DNA from: an uncultured Sediminibacterium sp.
GTDB taxonomy: Bacteria; Bacteroidota; Bacteroidia; Chitinophagales; Chitinophagaceae
DNA: 64,000 nucleotides
NCBI GenBank assembly: GCA_937911175.1
Contig: CALDSE010000028.1
Span: 16,930 to 80,929 of the forward strand
Direction of reading: 5' to 3'
This document shows, piece after piece, positions 15,545-26,049 of this stretch. A program made the translations under genes and the position numbers. The notes beneath the pieces were generated by a model. That model was given only the letters and a program-made list of their open reading frames with translations, made no database searches and was not told the DNA's origin. Every line of letters begins with the position of its first letter. Position 1 is the first letter of the stretch.

Positions 15545-17983
15545 ATGCAATATCATTTTCAAAAGCCTTCCTTCTTTTTTTCATTTGCTTTTATTACTTG
15601 CTTAATTTTTTCTAATAGCATCACACTGTTAGCGCAAGAAAAAAATACATTACAATTAAAAGGCTTAAAAGAAAAAGTAGAAGTACTAAGAGATCAGTGG
15701 GGCGTAAATCATATTTATGCGAACAATGAACATGATTTATTTTTTACACAGGGGTACTGCGCAGCAAAAGATAGATTGTTTCAATTTGAAATTTGGCGTA
15801 GACAAGCTACAGGCACAGTAGCAGAAATTTTAGGAGCAAGAGAATTAAAAAGAGATATTGGTACACGCCTCTTTAAATTTAGAGGAGATTTAAAAAAAGA
15901 ATTAGCACATTATCATGAAAATGGTCAAGCCATTATTCAAGCCTATGTAGATGGCGTGAATGCATATATTACTGAGGCAAATGCCAAGCCAGCCCTACTT
16001 CCTATTGAATTTAAAATTTTAAAAATACGTCCTGCAAAATGGACAGCTGAAATTGTTATTTCAAGACACCAAGGTTTACTTGGCAATATTACACAGGAAT
16101 TAAATATAGGAAGAGCGGTGTCAACAGTGGGTGATAAAAAAGTAAAAGAATTAATTTGGTTTCATCCTAAGGACCCTAATTTAAAATTAGACACGGCCAT
16201 TAGAGGTGATTTATTAAAAGCAGATATTTTAGCATTATACAATGCTTACAGAAAAGAAGTAGAATTTACTAAATCGGATATTACTGAACAGGATGAAGAC
16301 GATGCATCGGCTTTAGATATTTTAAATAAAAGAAAAGAGCTTGCCAATTTTTTACCCGAACAAGAAATGGAAGGCAGTAATAATTGGATAATTAGTGGTC
16401 GCAAAACGGCTAGTGGTTTTCCTATGCTTGCTAACGATCCGCACCGCAAAATTGCAGTGCCTTCACTTCGCTATATAGTGCATTTGGTAGCACCAGGTTG
16501 GAATGTGGTAGGCGGCGGAGAGCCTGAAATACCGGGGGTTTCCATAGGGCATAATGAATTTGGCGCCTGGGGCTTAACTATTTATGAAACCGATGGAGAA
16601 GACCTATATGTCTACAATATTAACCCTTTACATAAAGATGAATATTGGTATAAAGGGCAGTGGGTAAAAATGAAAACCATTACAGAAAATATAAAAATAA
16701 AAAACGCCGCTAGTCAAACGGTCCAATTAAATTATACAGTACATGGTCCTATCACCTTTATTGATTCTGTAAACAATAAAGCCTATGCCATTAAATGTGC
16801 ATGGATGGAAGTAGGGGGTGCGCCTTATTTAGCTTCCTTAAGAATTGATCAAGCCAATAGTTGGGAAAGTTTTAGAGAAGCATGTGCTTACAGTCATATA
16901 CCTGGAGAGAATATGATATGGGCCGATAAAAAAGGAAATATTGGTTGGCAGGCAGTGGGTATAATTCCAATTCGAAAAAATTTCAGCGGCTATGTTCCTA
17001 TACCTGGTGATGGTAGGTATGAATGGTCGGGTTATTTACCTATTAAAGAGCGACCTCATTTATTGAATCCTAGTAAAGATTTTTTTGCTACAGCGAATCA
17101 GCATGTGACGCCAGATACCTATGAACATTGGGATGCAGTAGGCTATACCTGGGCCGATCCTTATAGAGGAGATAGAATTAATAAAGTATTAACGGAAAAA
17201 AATAATATAAGTATGGAGGACATGGGGAAATTACAAACCGATTATTTTTCCATACCTGCAAGCACTATTGTACCCCTACTTGAAAAAATAAATTTCGAAG
17301 ATTCTTTTACAAATGCAGCGAAAAAATATTTAATGAACTGGAATTTTGTGTTGGATAAAAATAGTATTGCTGCAGGCATTTATGTGAGCTTAGAAAAACA
17401 ATTAGCTATTGCAGCACAAAAATATTTTGTACCAGATGAAATTAAACCTTGGATTAATTTGCAATTAAAAAAAGTAATCGAGCGTTTAGAAAATCCTATT
17501 AAATATTTTGGAGAGGATGCAGCAGTTGCTATTAATAATAGAAATGCCTTTATAAAAAAAGCATTTGAAGGAGCCACTCAAATTTTAAAAAATAAATTGG
17601 GTAATGATATGAATGCTTGGAACTATGGTCAAGAAAAATACAAGCATATTTATTTCGAACATCCCTTAGCCAATTTGGTAAGTCCTGCCTTAAAAGCTAA
17701 ATTAAACATAGGTCCGCTTCCAAGAGGGGGTAATGGTCAAACCCCGGGTTCAACTGGGGGTGCCGATAACCAAGTAAGCGGGGCTAGTTTTAGAATTTTA
17801 ATGGATACCGATGACTGGGATAAAACATTGATAATCAATACTCCAGGTCAATCTGGAGATAACAATAGCCCTTTTTACCGCAATCTTTTTTCCACCTGGG
17901 CCAATGACAGCTATTTCCCTTCCTATTATTCAAGGGCATTAATAGAGAAAACGACGGTAGAAAAATGGGTAGCTAAGCCCTAA
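15545..17983 (+). CDS. penicillin acylase family Ntn-hydrolase (paralogue 1)
   Basis: Has a signal peptide and the N-terminal WGVNHIYA block. The autoprocessing/nucleophile site is EG-SNNWIISG. The 812-aa length is typical of the family. Confidence 0.85.
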   Translation: MQYHFQKPSFFFSFAFITCLIFSNSITLLAQEKNTLQLKGLKEKVEVLRDQWGVNHIYANNEHDLFFTQGYCAAKDRLFQFEIWRRQATGTVAEILGARELKRDIGTRLFKFRGDLKKELAHYHENGQAIIQAYVDGVNAYITEANAKPALLPIEFKILKIRPAKWTAEIVISRHQGLLGNITQELNIGRAVSTVGDKKVKELIWFHPKDPNLKLDTAIRGDLLKADILALYNAYRKEVEFTKSDITEQDEDDASALDILNKRKELANFLPEQEMEGSNNWIISGRKTASGFPMLANDPHRKIAVPSLRYIVHLVAPGWNVVGGGEPEIPGVSIGHNEFGAWGLTIYETDGEDLYVYNINPLHKDEYWYKGQWVKMKTITENIKIKNAASQTVQLNYTVHGPITFIDSVNNKAYAIKCAWMEVGGAPYLASLRIDQANSWESFREACAYSHIPGENMIWADKKGNIGWQAVGIIPIRKNFSGYVPIPGDGRYEWSGYLPIKERPHLLNPSKDFFATANQHVTPDTYEHWDAVGYTWADPYRGDRINKVLTEKNNISMEDMGKLQTDYFSIPASTIVPLLEKINFEDSFTNAAKKYLMNWNFVLDKNSIAAGIYVSLEKQLAIAAQKYFVPDEIKPWINLQLKKVIERLENPIKYFGEDAAVAINNRNAFIKKAFEGATQILKNKLGNDMNAWNYGQEKYKHIYFEHPLANLVSPALKAKLNIGPLPRGGNGQTPGSTGGADNQVSGASFRILMDTDDWDKTLIINTPGQSGDNNSPFYRNLFSTWANDSYFPSYYSRALIEKTTVEKWVAKP

Positions 17984-18198
17984 AAACAGCCAATAAATAG
18001 TCAAAAATTCCACTTTGCGCCATTTTTGCGCAAATAATTGATATTCAGTTTAATACACTTTTTTTGTTTATTAAATTGGTTCAAAATACTAATTATTAGA
18101 TAAACATTAGACAAAATTTGTATTGAAAATTAACGGTGTAATCTATTAAATCAAATTATTTTAACATTAACTTTACAATTCGAAAAAAATCTAATAAT

Positions 18199-21192
18199 AT
18201 GAGAAAATTTGTCGCAATCCTTTTAGGCGCGATTTTGGTGGTAACTCAAGTTGCTGCTCAAAATAAAACCATAAAAGGTAGAGTTACTGAAGATGGTAAA
18301 AAGCCACTTTCAAATGCTTCTATCATAGTTAAAGGCACTACTGTCGCCGCTAAAACAAATGATGAAGGTTATTATTCAATTACTATTCCAGCAAATGGCA
18401 GAGTATTGAAATTTAGTTCTTTAAATTTTGAAGATCAAGAAGTTAATATCGGATCAAAATCTGAGATTAATGTCATCTTGGTCAATACAGTTTCTGATTT
18501 ACAACAAGTTATTGTTACTGGTTATGGTACCACTAAAAAGGCAACTAATACCGGTTCAATTGCTACGGTGAAAGCATCAGAAATCGAAAATTTACCATTT
18601 AGCTCTGTTGATAAAGCGCTTCAAGGTAAAGTGGCAGGTTTACAATCTGTTGCTACTTCAGGACAACCAGGAGCTAGCCAAGCTATTTTAATTCGTGGTG
18701 CAAGTTCAATTACTGCAAGTAACGCTCCTTTGTGGGTGGTAGATGGTGTGCCTATTAATGCGGGTGATGCATCAAGACTTCAAACTACAGGAAACTTATT
18801 AAGTACTTTGAATCCAAATGATATTGAAAGTATTTCTGTTTTAAAAGATGCGGCATCTCAATCTATTTATGGATCTCGTGCTGCGAATGGAGTTATTGTG
18901 ATTACTACTAAAAAAGGTAAAAGCGGTAAAACTAAATTTAGATTTGATACAGAATTAGGTAATTCAGATGTTGCTTATGTAAATGAAAAGTATAAGCCAT
19001 TAGATGCTAATGAATATATTAATTTAACCCGTGAAGGATTGGTAAATGCTGGTGCCTCTGCTGCGCAGACAACTAGTATTTTAAATTCTTTAGGACAAGG
19101 TAATGGTATCAATTTTAATTGGTTTGATAATATCATGCGTGTTGGCCAACAAAAACAATACAACTTTAGTGCAGAAGGTGGTAATGATAAAACTACATTC
19201 TTCTTGTCTGGTGGAAATTTTGTACAAGACGGTACCTCTATTAATTCTCAGTTAAAGAGAAATAACGTGAATTTTAGAATTACCAATAAGGCAACAGATA
19301 AATTAACCATTGGCCTTAATGTAAATGCGGGTAATGTAAGTCAACGTGCACCATTAAATGGTGGCGCATTTGGTAACCCTTTATTAAGTACTTATTTCTT
19401 ATTGCCTACTTATTCTGCGTACAAGCCGGATGGCACTTATAATTATATATTAAATGGGGGCTTACACAATACGGTTGCTTTATCTGAGATGGATAAGCGT
19501 TTTTTACGTCAATCAAGTATTAGAGGTAGTGTAAATGGAGAGTATAAGATTTTAGACAATCTTAAATTTAGATCTGTTTATGGTATTGACTATAATGCAT
19601 TAGAAGAAGACCAGTACAATAACCCACTTCATGGTGATGGATTAGCTTCTAATGGTCGTGCATTTGCCTACTATACACGTTACTTTAACTATGTATGGAC
19701 AAATACTTTAGACTTACAACAAAATATTACGCGTAACGGCGACCTTTCTTCTTCTACCCAAATTGGTTATGAAGCACAAAAGTCTGCAGGTTATTTTTCT
19801 ACTTTACAAGCGCAACAATTCCCTCCTTCTTTGTCTTTAACTTATCCAGCTTCTGGAGCAAGTCCGACAACTGCAAGTGCTACCATTTCTGATTATACAT
19901 TTGAATCACAATTTGCCTCTACGAATTTGAATTACAAAAACAGATTTGTATTATCTGGAAGTTTCCGTCGTGATGGATCTTCTCGTTTTAGTGCAAAAAA
20001 TAGATATGGTAATTTCTGGGCATTGGGTGCAACATGGAATATTGACAGAGAAGATTTTATGGCTAACAATAAAATATTTGATCAGTTAAAACTTCGTGGA
20101 TCTTATGGAGTAAACGGTAACGCGGGTATTGGTAACTATGACGCTCCTGCTTTATATGGTTTTGGTTTTAACTATAACCAATTACCTGGTTCTGCACCAA
20201 CCAACGTGGGTGATGAGAACTTAACATGGGAATTAAACAAACCAATGAATATTGGACTTGACTTTAGTGTATTAAAAAATAGAGTCAATGTGACTGTCGA
20301 TTATTATATCAGAAAATCTGAAAACTTATTATTGAGTGTGCCATTATCAAATACCTCTGGTTTTGGTTCTGCTACAAGAAATATTGGTTCAATGGAGAAT
20401 AAAGGACTTGAACTTTCTTTAAATATTGTTCCTATTCAAACCAAGGACTTACGTTGGGATGTAGATTTCAATTTCTCTAATAACAAAAATACAATCACAA
20501 GCCTACCTAATAAAGCAGACATTCTTAGTGGAAACTTTGTTATTCGCCAAGGCGAAAGTTTAAATACTTTCTTCTTACGTGAGTGGGCTGGTGTTAATAT
20601 TGCAACAGGAGATCCACAATGGTATACTACCGATAAGCGTCAGGCTTCTTCAAATGTTTATCCAGGTGCCAGTGCCCGTATTTTAGCGGGACAAGCCCTA
20701 CCTAAGTTTTTTGGGTCTTTGACAAACGCTCTTACTTATAAAGGCTTTAACTTAAGTGCTCAATTGTATTATAACTTTGGAAACCAAGTATTTGATACTT
20801 GGAGAGGCTTCTACTTAGGCTCTGGAAATGGATCTTCATTTAATAAAGTAAAGCGTCAATTAGATGCTTGGACTAAACCAGGTGACATCACAGATATACC
20901 TAAATATGTATACAATGGTAACAAGAACTTTCAAGGTGCTTCAACTTTTAACTTGAATGACGGAAGTTTTGTTCGTGTAAGAGATATACAATTTGGCTAT
21001 ACACTTCCAAAAGCTTATGCTGAAAAGCTTAAGATTGGAAATGCTAATTTTTATGTACGCGGTACGAACTTGTTCACATGGGTTAAAGACAAGAATTTAC
21101 CATTTGATCCTGAACAAGGTACTTCTAGTGCATCCAACTTGAATGTATTTATTCCTAAAACAGTTACTGTTGGGCTTAGCCTAGCTTTCTAA
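18199..21192 (+). CDS. SusC/RagA family TonB-linked outer membrane protein
   Basis: Has a signal peptide and a CarboxypepD_reg-like N-domain (IKGRVTEDGKKPLSNASIIVKG). Also carries VIVTGYGT, a plug region, 997 aa in total and a C-terminal aromatic F. No STN/anti-sigma signalling domain. Confidence 0.9.
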   Translation: MRKFVAILLGAILVVTQVAAQNKTIKGRVTEDGKKPLSNASIIVKGTTVAAKTNDEGYYSITIPANGRVLKFSSLNFEDQEVNIGSKSEINVILVNTVSDLQQVIVTGYGTTKKATNTGSIATVKASEIENLPFSSVDKALQGKVAGLQSVATSGQPGASQAILIRGASSITASNAPLWVVDGVPINAGDASRLQTTGNLLSTLNPNDIESISVLKDAASQSIYGSRAANGVIVITTKKGKSGKTKFRFDTELGNSDVAYVNEKYKPLDANEYINLTREGLVNAGASAAQTTSILNSLGQGNGINFNWFDNIMRVGQQKQYNFSAEGGNDKTTFFLSGGNFVQDGTSINSQLKRNNVNFRITNKATDKLTIGLNVNAGNVSQRAPLNGGAFGNPLLSTYFLLPTYSAYKPDGTYNYILNGGLHNTVALSEMDKRFLRQSSIRGSVNGEYKILDNLKFRSVYGIDYNALEEDQYNNPLHGDGLASNGRAFAYYTRYFNYVWTNTLDLQQNITRNGDLSSSTQIGYEAQKSAGYFSTLQAQQFPPSLSLTYPASGASPTTASATISDYTFESQFASTNLNYKNRFVLSGSFRRDGSSRFSAKNRYGNFWALGATWNIDREDFMANNKIFDQLKLRGSYGVNGNAGIGNYDAPALYGFGFNYNQLPGSAPTNVGDENLTWELNKPMNIGLDFSVLKNRVNVTVDYYIRKSENLLLSVPLSNTSGFGSATRNIGSMENKGLELSLNIVPIQTKDLRWDVDFNFSNNKNTITSLPNKADILSGNFVIRQGESLNTFFLREWAGVNIATGDPQWYTTDKRQASSNVYPGASARILAGQALPKFFGSLTNALTYKGFNLSAQLYYNFGNQVFDTWRGFYLGSGNGSSFNKVKRQLDAWTKPGDITDIPKYVYNGNKNFQGASTFNLNDGSFVRVRDIQFGYTLPKAYAEKLKIGNANFYVRGTNLFTWVKDKNLPFDPEQGTSSASNLNVFIPKTVTVGLSLAF

Positions 21193-21220
21193 TAAAAGTT
21201 AATTTCAAATAGAAAAGAAT

Positions 21221-22621
21221 ATGAAACGAATTACAATAAAAAATATGATAGTAACAACAGTGTTGTTTTTATCATTAGCATCTTGTGAAAAGAGTTTTTT
21301 AGAGTTAAAACCTCCAACCTCTTTAACACCTGAGTTTGCATTAGCAACAGAAGCCGATTTACAAGTGGCATTGCGTGGAGCTTATGCAGGCTTAAAATCT
21401 ACTGCATTATATGGTAGATCATTAATGGTCCTTGGTGATATGATGGCCGATAATACTTATCAGTCTGCATTAAACACAAATCGTTATACTAACTTTAATC
21501 TTTACAATTATCTTGTAACAGATGGAGACGTAGCAGGTTTATGGAATGCAAGCTATTCAGTAATATTACGTGCTAATAATATTATCAACTCACCTATTGC
21601 AGACAATGCAAATATTCAACAAATTAAGGGAGAGGCTTATGCTATTAGAGCGCTGGCTTACTTTAATCTTGTTCGTTATTTCGCATCGCCTTATACATTA
21701 GACCCTTCTAAATTAGGGGTTCCTATTATAACCACTTATCAAGCCGATTTAAAGCCTGAAAGAGCAAAAATTGCTGATGTATATACTTTAATCAACAAGG
21801 ATTTAACACAGGCCTTCACTTTAATGACTAAGTTTACGAACTCTTCTCAGTTCAGTAAATACTCAGCAAAAGCATTGCAAGCCAAGGTTTATCTTGCGAT
21901 GGGAGATAAAACAAATGCAAAAACTGCAGCGTTGGATGTAATTACCAATAGTGGTTTTACTGCTATTAGTTCTGCAGCACATACTGGCTATTGGGCGGGT
22001 GTTGCTCCAAGAACTGATAAAGTTGAAACATTACTTGAGATCTCATTTGATGCAGTAGCCAATAACGCATTTGACGCTTTATCTTATATCTATTTACAAT
22101 CTGGTAACTATGGAGATATGTTATGTTCTTCAGAATTGTATGATTTATTTGAAACAGCTGATATCAGAAAATCTTTATATGCTACAGGTACAAGAGGCGG
22201 ACTAGCCTCTGTGTTTGTAAATAAATACAGTTCTTTTACAGGAGATCATTCTGATACGAAAGTTATTAGAATGTCTGAAATGTATTTAATTGCTGCAGAA
22301 GCTTCTTATCCTTCTAATACAGCAGATGCATTGAAATATGTGAATGAAGTTACTAGCAGAAGAGGTGCAACAGCTATCGCTTCTAGCGGTTCAGCTTTAT
22401 TGGAAGATATCATCACTGAAAGAAGAAAAGAATTAGCTTTTGAAGGTGAAAGATATCTTGACATGCAAAGATTACAAAGAAATATAGCACGTAGTAAAAA
22501 CTATCCTGCTGCAGCATTGTCTATTGATTTTACTAACTATAGAAGAATCATGCCAATTCCACAAGGTGAATTAGATGCGAATCCAAGTATTAAATTGCAA
22601 CAAAATCCAGGTTGGAACTAA
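21221..22621 (+). CDS. RagB/SusD family nutrient-binding outer membrane lipoprotein
   Basis: Lipoprotein signal LSLASC. Starts 28 nt after susC-like. Contains SusD-like TPR-type blocks (LRALAYFNLVRYF, RKELAFEGERYLDMQR). Confidence 0.9.
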   Translation: MKRITIKNMIVTTVLFLSLASCEKSFLELKPPTSLTPEFALATEADLQVALRGAYAGLKSTALYGRSLMVLGDMMADNTYQSALNTNRYTNFNLYNYLVTDGDVAGLWNASYSVILRANNIINSPIADNANIQQIKGEAYAIRALAYFNLVRYFASPYTLDPSKLGVPIITTYQADLKPERAKIADVYTLINKDLTQAFTLMTKFTNSSQFSKYSAKALQAKVYLAMGDKTNAKTAALDVITNSGFTAISSAAHTGYWAGVAPRTDKVETLLEISFDAVANNAFDALSYIYLQSGNYGDMLCSSELYDLFETADIRKSLYATGTRGGLASVFVNKYSSFTGDHSDTKVIRMSEMYLIAAEASYPSNTADALKYVNEVTSRRGATAIASSGSALLEDIITERRKELAFEGERYLDMQRLQRNIARSKNYPAAALSIDFTNYRRIMPIPQGELDANPSIKLQQNPGWN

Positions 22622-22641
22622 TTTAACCTAGACTATATTAT

Positions 22642-22678
22642 AAAGAAAGGCAGCCAATTGGCTGCCTTTCTTTATTTT
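22642..22678 (+). terminator. intrinsic terminator after susD-like gene
   Basis: Perfect 14-bp stem AAAGAAAGGCAGCC / GGCTGCCTTTCTTT with loop AATT, followed by a T-rich tract. Confidence 0.85.
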
Positions 22679-22738
22679 AACAAGTTTTATTTTAAAAAAT
22701 CAATCAAAGCCTTTAGTTTTAGGAAATAATATTCAAGT

Positions 22739-23404
22739 ATGAAAAAAATAGTTATTGCTTTTATTTTAACGCTAACATTACAATCGAGTCAGGCGCAATT
22801 ATTACAATTACAAGACCCTGTTTCTAGCAAAAACTTTAATCCCGATAAATATGCAGGTATAAGAGGCACACCTCTATTTCAAGACAAGTGGATACATGGC
22901 TCAGTGATAACTTCAAAAGGTATTTATTCCGATTTAGAATTAAAAATTGACCTATACGATAATATACTATTCTTTAATAAAGAGGACGCCTCTTTTGAAT
23001 TATTAGATCAAATTTATTCAATTAAGCTTTTCCCCAAATGGCCCGATACTGTACAACAATTAATTTTTATGAAGGGGCTGACTCAAAACGGACTTAAGCC
23101 CGAGCAATATGTACAAGCCCTAGTGGGCACTGGTGCAATTCAATTGTACCGTTCAGACATTAAGCAAGTAACAGAAATGAGCGAAATTAATGTAGGTATG
23201 ATTAAAACCTTTGCCAATACAAGTAGATACTATATAAAAAAGGGAAATGAGTTGAAATTGATCAAGTTAAATAAAGACGAAATGATGCCTTTTCTAATAG
23301 ATAAGGAAGCAGCAGTAAATGCTGTCATTGAAACAAAAAGACTGAGCCTAAAAAAAGAATCAGATATCATTCAAGTTATACAGGCGTACAATAATGCGCC
23401 ATAA
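22739..23404 (+). CDS. hypothetical secreted protein
   Basis: 221-aa ORF with a signal peptide (SSQAQ). I recognise no motif. Confidence 0.6.
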   Translation: MKKIVIAFILTLTLQSSQAQLLQLQDPVSSKNFNPDKYAGIRGTPLFQDKWIHGSVITSKGIYSDLELKIDLYDNILFFNKEDASFELLDQIYSIKLFPKWPDTVQQLIFMKGLTQNGLKPEQYVQALVGTGAIQLYRSDIKQVTEMSEINVGMIKTFANTSRYYIKKGNELKLIKLNKDEMMPFLIDKEAAVNAVIETKRLSLKKESDIIQVIQAYNNAP

Positions 23405-23524
23405 GGAAGTCCAGCGCTCATTCGCCAAATAGGGTTTAATTCGACTGTTTGTAGGGCTTATTTTAAAAAAATAAGGTTAAATTAGTATTAATTTAAAAGC
23501 ACTTATTATTTAAAATTATTTCCT

Positions 23525-25051
23525 ATGAAAAAAATATTTTTCTATTTTAGTCTGTTAGCTTTCTCTAATGCAGCACAAGCGCAAACGCCTGCAAACTTTT
23601 CTCCCGCAAGGTATCAGGATGCTGAAAGAAATAATCGTATCGCTACTACTTTTCCTGTTGCAGAAGAGATGATTAAAAAATATGCAGAAAAACATCATTT
23701 TCCAGGCTTTGCTTTTGGTATTGTTGTAGATGGTCAATTAGTATTTAAGAGTAGCGGAGGCTATGCAAATTTGGAACAAAAAATTCCAGCAAGTTCTTCC
23801 TCCATGTTTAGAGTGGCTTCCATGTCTAAAAGCTTTACAGCGCTAGCTATCTTACAATTAAGAGATAATGGTAAATTGCGTTTAGATGATCCTGTTGAAA
23901 TGTATATTCCTGCTATGAAAGGGCAGGGCTTAACTAAGGATGCACCTGTTATTACTATACGACATTTAATGAGTCATAGCGCGGGTTTCCCAGAAGATAA
24001 CCCTTGGGGTGACAGACAATTAGCCGATACAGAAGCAGAATTATTAAAATTAATTAAGGAAGGTATTTCTTTTTCAAATGCAGCAGGTATAGAATATGAG
24101 TATTCTAATTTAGGCTTTACCATGTTGGGTTATATTATTCATAAAGTATCAGGCTTAACTTATGACGCCTATATTAAGAAAAATATTTTAGCGCCTATTG
24201 GTATGAATGAAACCACTTATGAATTTGCAAAAGTACCAGAGAAAAGTTTAGCTAACGGGTATAGGTATATTAATAATAATTGGAGAAAAGAAACTTTATT
24301 GCACGATGGTATTTATGGGGCCATGGGCGGTATGATTACTTCTATTGATATGTTTAGTAAATATGTAGCCTTGCATGAAATGGCATGGCCAGAAAGAAAT
24401 GATGCAGAAACTTTACCTATTAAAAGAAGTAGCCTTAGAGAAATGCATCAGGCTTCTAAATTTATTTCTTTAATGCCTAATTATAAATATCCAAGTGGAC
24501 GCATACTAGCCGCTACCGATAGTTATACTTATGGATTAAGTTGGATGCAAGATGCCTTAGGCAGAAAAAGTGTGGGCCATAGTGGCGGCCTGCCTGGATT
24601 TGGAAGCAACTGGCGTTTTTTGCCTGAGTATGGTATTGGGGTAATTTTATTTGCCAATGTGACCTATGCGCCTACTTCAGGGATCAACAATGCCGTCTTA
24701 GATACTATTGTACAATTAGCAAAATTAAAGCCAAGGGTCATTAGCATTTCTCCCATTTTACAAAAAAGGAAACTACAATTAGTTTCTATGCTGCCTAATT
24801 TTTCCACTAATGCCTACATTTTTGCAGAGAACTTTTTTGAAGACTATCCCATTGAAACTTTGAAAAAAGAAGCGGCAGCCATATTAAAAGAAGCAGGAGA
24901 AATTATATCTGTAGGAGAAATGGTAGTAGAAAACCAAATGAGAGGTTATTGTATTATCCAATGTCAAGAAAAGAAAATAAAATTAGCTTTTACTTTAACA
25001 CCTGAAAACCCAGGCCTAATACAGGAATATCATTTAGATATTCTAAGGTAA
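23525..25051 (+). CDS. serine hydrolase, beta-lactamase (S12) family
   Basis: Has a signal peptide, the SxxK motif SMSKSF, YSN (YxN) and an HSGG block. Confidence 0.8.
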   Translation: MKKIFFYFSLLAFSNAAQAQTPANFSPARYQDAERNNRIATTFPVAEEMIKKYAEKHHFPGFAFGIVVDGQLVFKSSGGYANLEQKIPASSSSMFRVASMSKSFTALAILQLRDNGKLRLDDPVEMYIPAMKGQGLTKDAPVITIRHLMSHSAGFPEDNPWGDRQLADTEAELLKLIKEGISFSNAAGIEYEYSNLGFTMLGYIIHKVSGLTYDAYIKKNILAPIGMNETTYEFAKVPEKSLANGYRYINNNWRKETLLHDGIYGAMGGMITSIDMFSKYVALHEMAWPERNDAETLPIKRSSLREMHQASKFISLMPNYKYPSGRILAATDSYTYGLSWMQDALGRKSVGHSGGLPGFGSNWRFLPEYGIGVILFANVTYAPTSGINNAVLDTIVQLAKLKPRVISISPILQKRKLQLVSMLPNFSTNAYIFAENFFEDYPIETLKKEAAAILKEAGEIISVGEMVVENQMRGYCIIQCQEKKIKLAFTLTPENPGLIQEYHLDILR

Positions 25052-25065
25052 TTATGTTAATTCGA

Positions 25066-25893
25066 CTAGAAGTCGGCGTAGTCACGTGCGCTCATGAGTA
25101 CAGTTTCGTTTCTGTTCACAGAATTTAAGTATTCAGGTGCTGCTGAAATCTTTTTCCATAATGGAGCCTCTCCAAACGATTTCCAATGTGCATTGCGGTC
25201 TTCCATACTATTAAAGCTGGTCATGTATATTAAATTCGGCATTCTACTTCCTGCAATCACTTTTGAATAAAAAATAGCATTAAAATTAAGACTTTCAAAA
25301 AGCGTTACTTCCCCGCCCTCATTAAACATATGTACTTTTTTTAAATGCATAGCTTCTGTAGGGCTTTCATAACTTCTATATTCATACACGCGACTACTCG
25401 ATTTAGTTAAACTTGACTTTCTTGCATATTGAGGCTGAAACTTAAAGGCCTTAGTTATAATTTTTTCTATTCTAGTATAAGGCAAACTATTATCTGTAGC
25501 CTCTAAATGAATAATGGCTGCACTGCCCATAGGATCTAATGCTTCTATTGTTTGATCTAATTTATCTAATTTTTGAATATTTTTAAAAGGAACCCATACA
25601 TATAATTTTTTATCGCTTGCGGTATCGTTATTAAGTGGAGCAAATACACCTACTTTTTCAATGCCATTTTTATGTAAATAAGGCAAAAAAGTATTTTTCA
25701 AATACAGATCAATATTCTCAATTTGTTTTGCTGTACTGCAGTGGTATATCTGAATTAAGTAATAATCGCGTGCCTGCTCTTTTTCTATATTTAAAATAGC
25801 TTCTTTAGAATTTGAACTAGATGTATTAGGTACAGTAGCAAAAATTATAAGACTTGTAAATAAATAACTTATACTTAATAATAATTTTTTCAT
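25066..25893 (-). CDS. NIPSNAP family protein (tandem NIPSNAP domains), secreted
   Basis: Has a signal peptide. Two repeats follow the YY/YEYRSYE...F....W pattern (YYLIQIYHCST and RVYEYRSYESP...NAHWKSF...PLW). Confidence 0.65.
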   Translation of the reverse strand: MKKLLLSISYLFTSLIIFATVPNTSSSNSKEAILNIEKEQARDYYLIQIYHCSTAKQIENIDLYLKNTFLPYLHKNGIEKVGVFAPLNNDTASDKKLYVWVPFKNIQKLDKLDQTIEALDPMGSAAIIHLEATDNSLPYTRIEKIITKAFKFQPQYARKSSLTKSSSRVYEYRSYESPTEAMHLKKVHMFNEGGEVTLFESLNFNAIFYSKVIAGSRMPNLIYMTSFNSMEDRNAHWKSFGEAPLWKKISAAPEYLNSVNRNETVLMSARDYADF

Positions 25894-26049
25894 AGTTTGT
25901 TGTTTTGAAAGGCTAGTAGTTTTATAAGCCTTGATGGTGGTTGGATGCGCTTCAAAAGTAGGCCTTTAGCCTCTTTTAATGCCATTCTCTTAGCATATTT
26001 TTTGCTTAAATGTTTTGGATAGATTATATTTAAATATAATTTATGTGCT

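Noticed and set aside
18013-18033. Hairpin TTTGCGC-CATTTTT-GCGCAAA after the first acylase gene as a terminator
   Set aside because: The stem is 7 bp and no T-tract follows. I cannot support it as an intrinsic terminator, so operon structure between the acylase and susC remains open.
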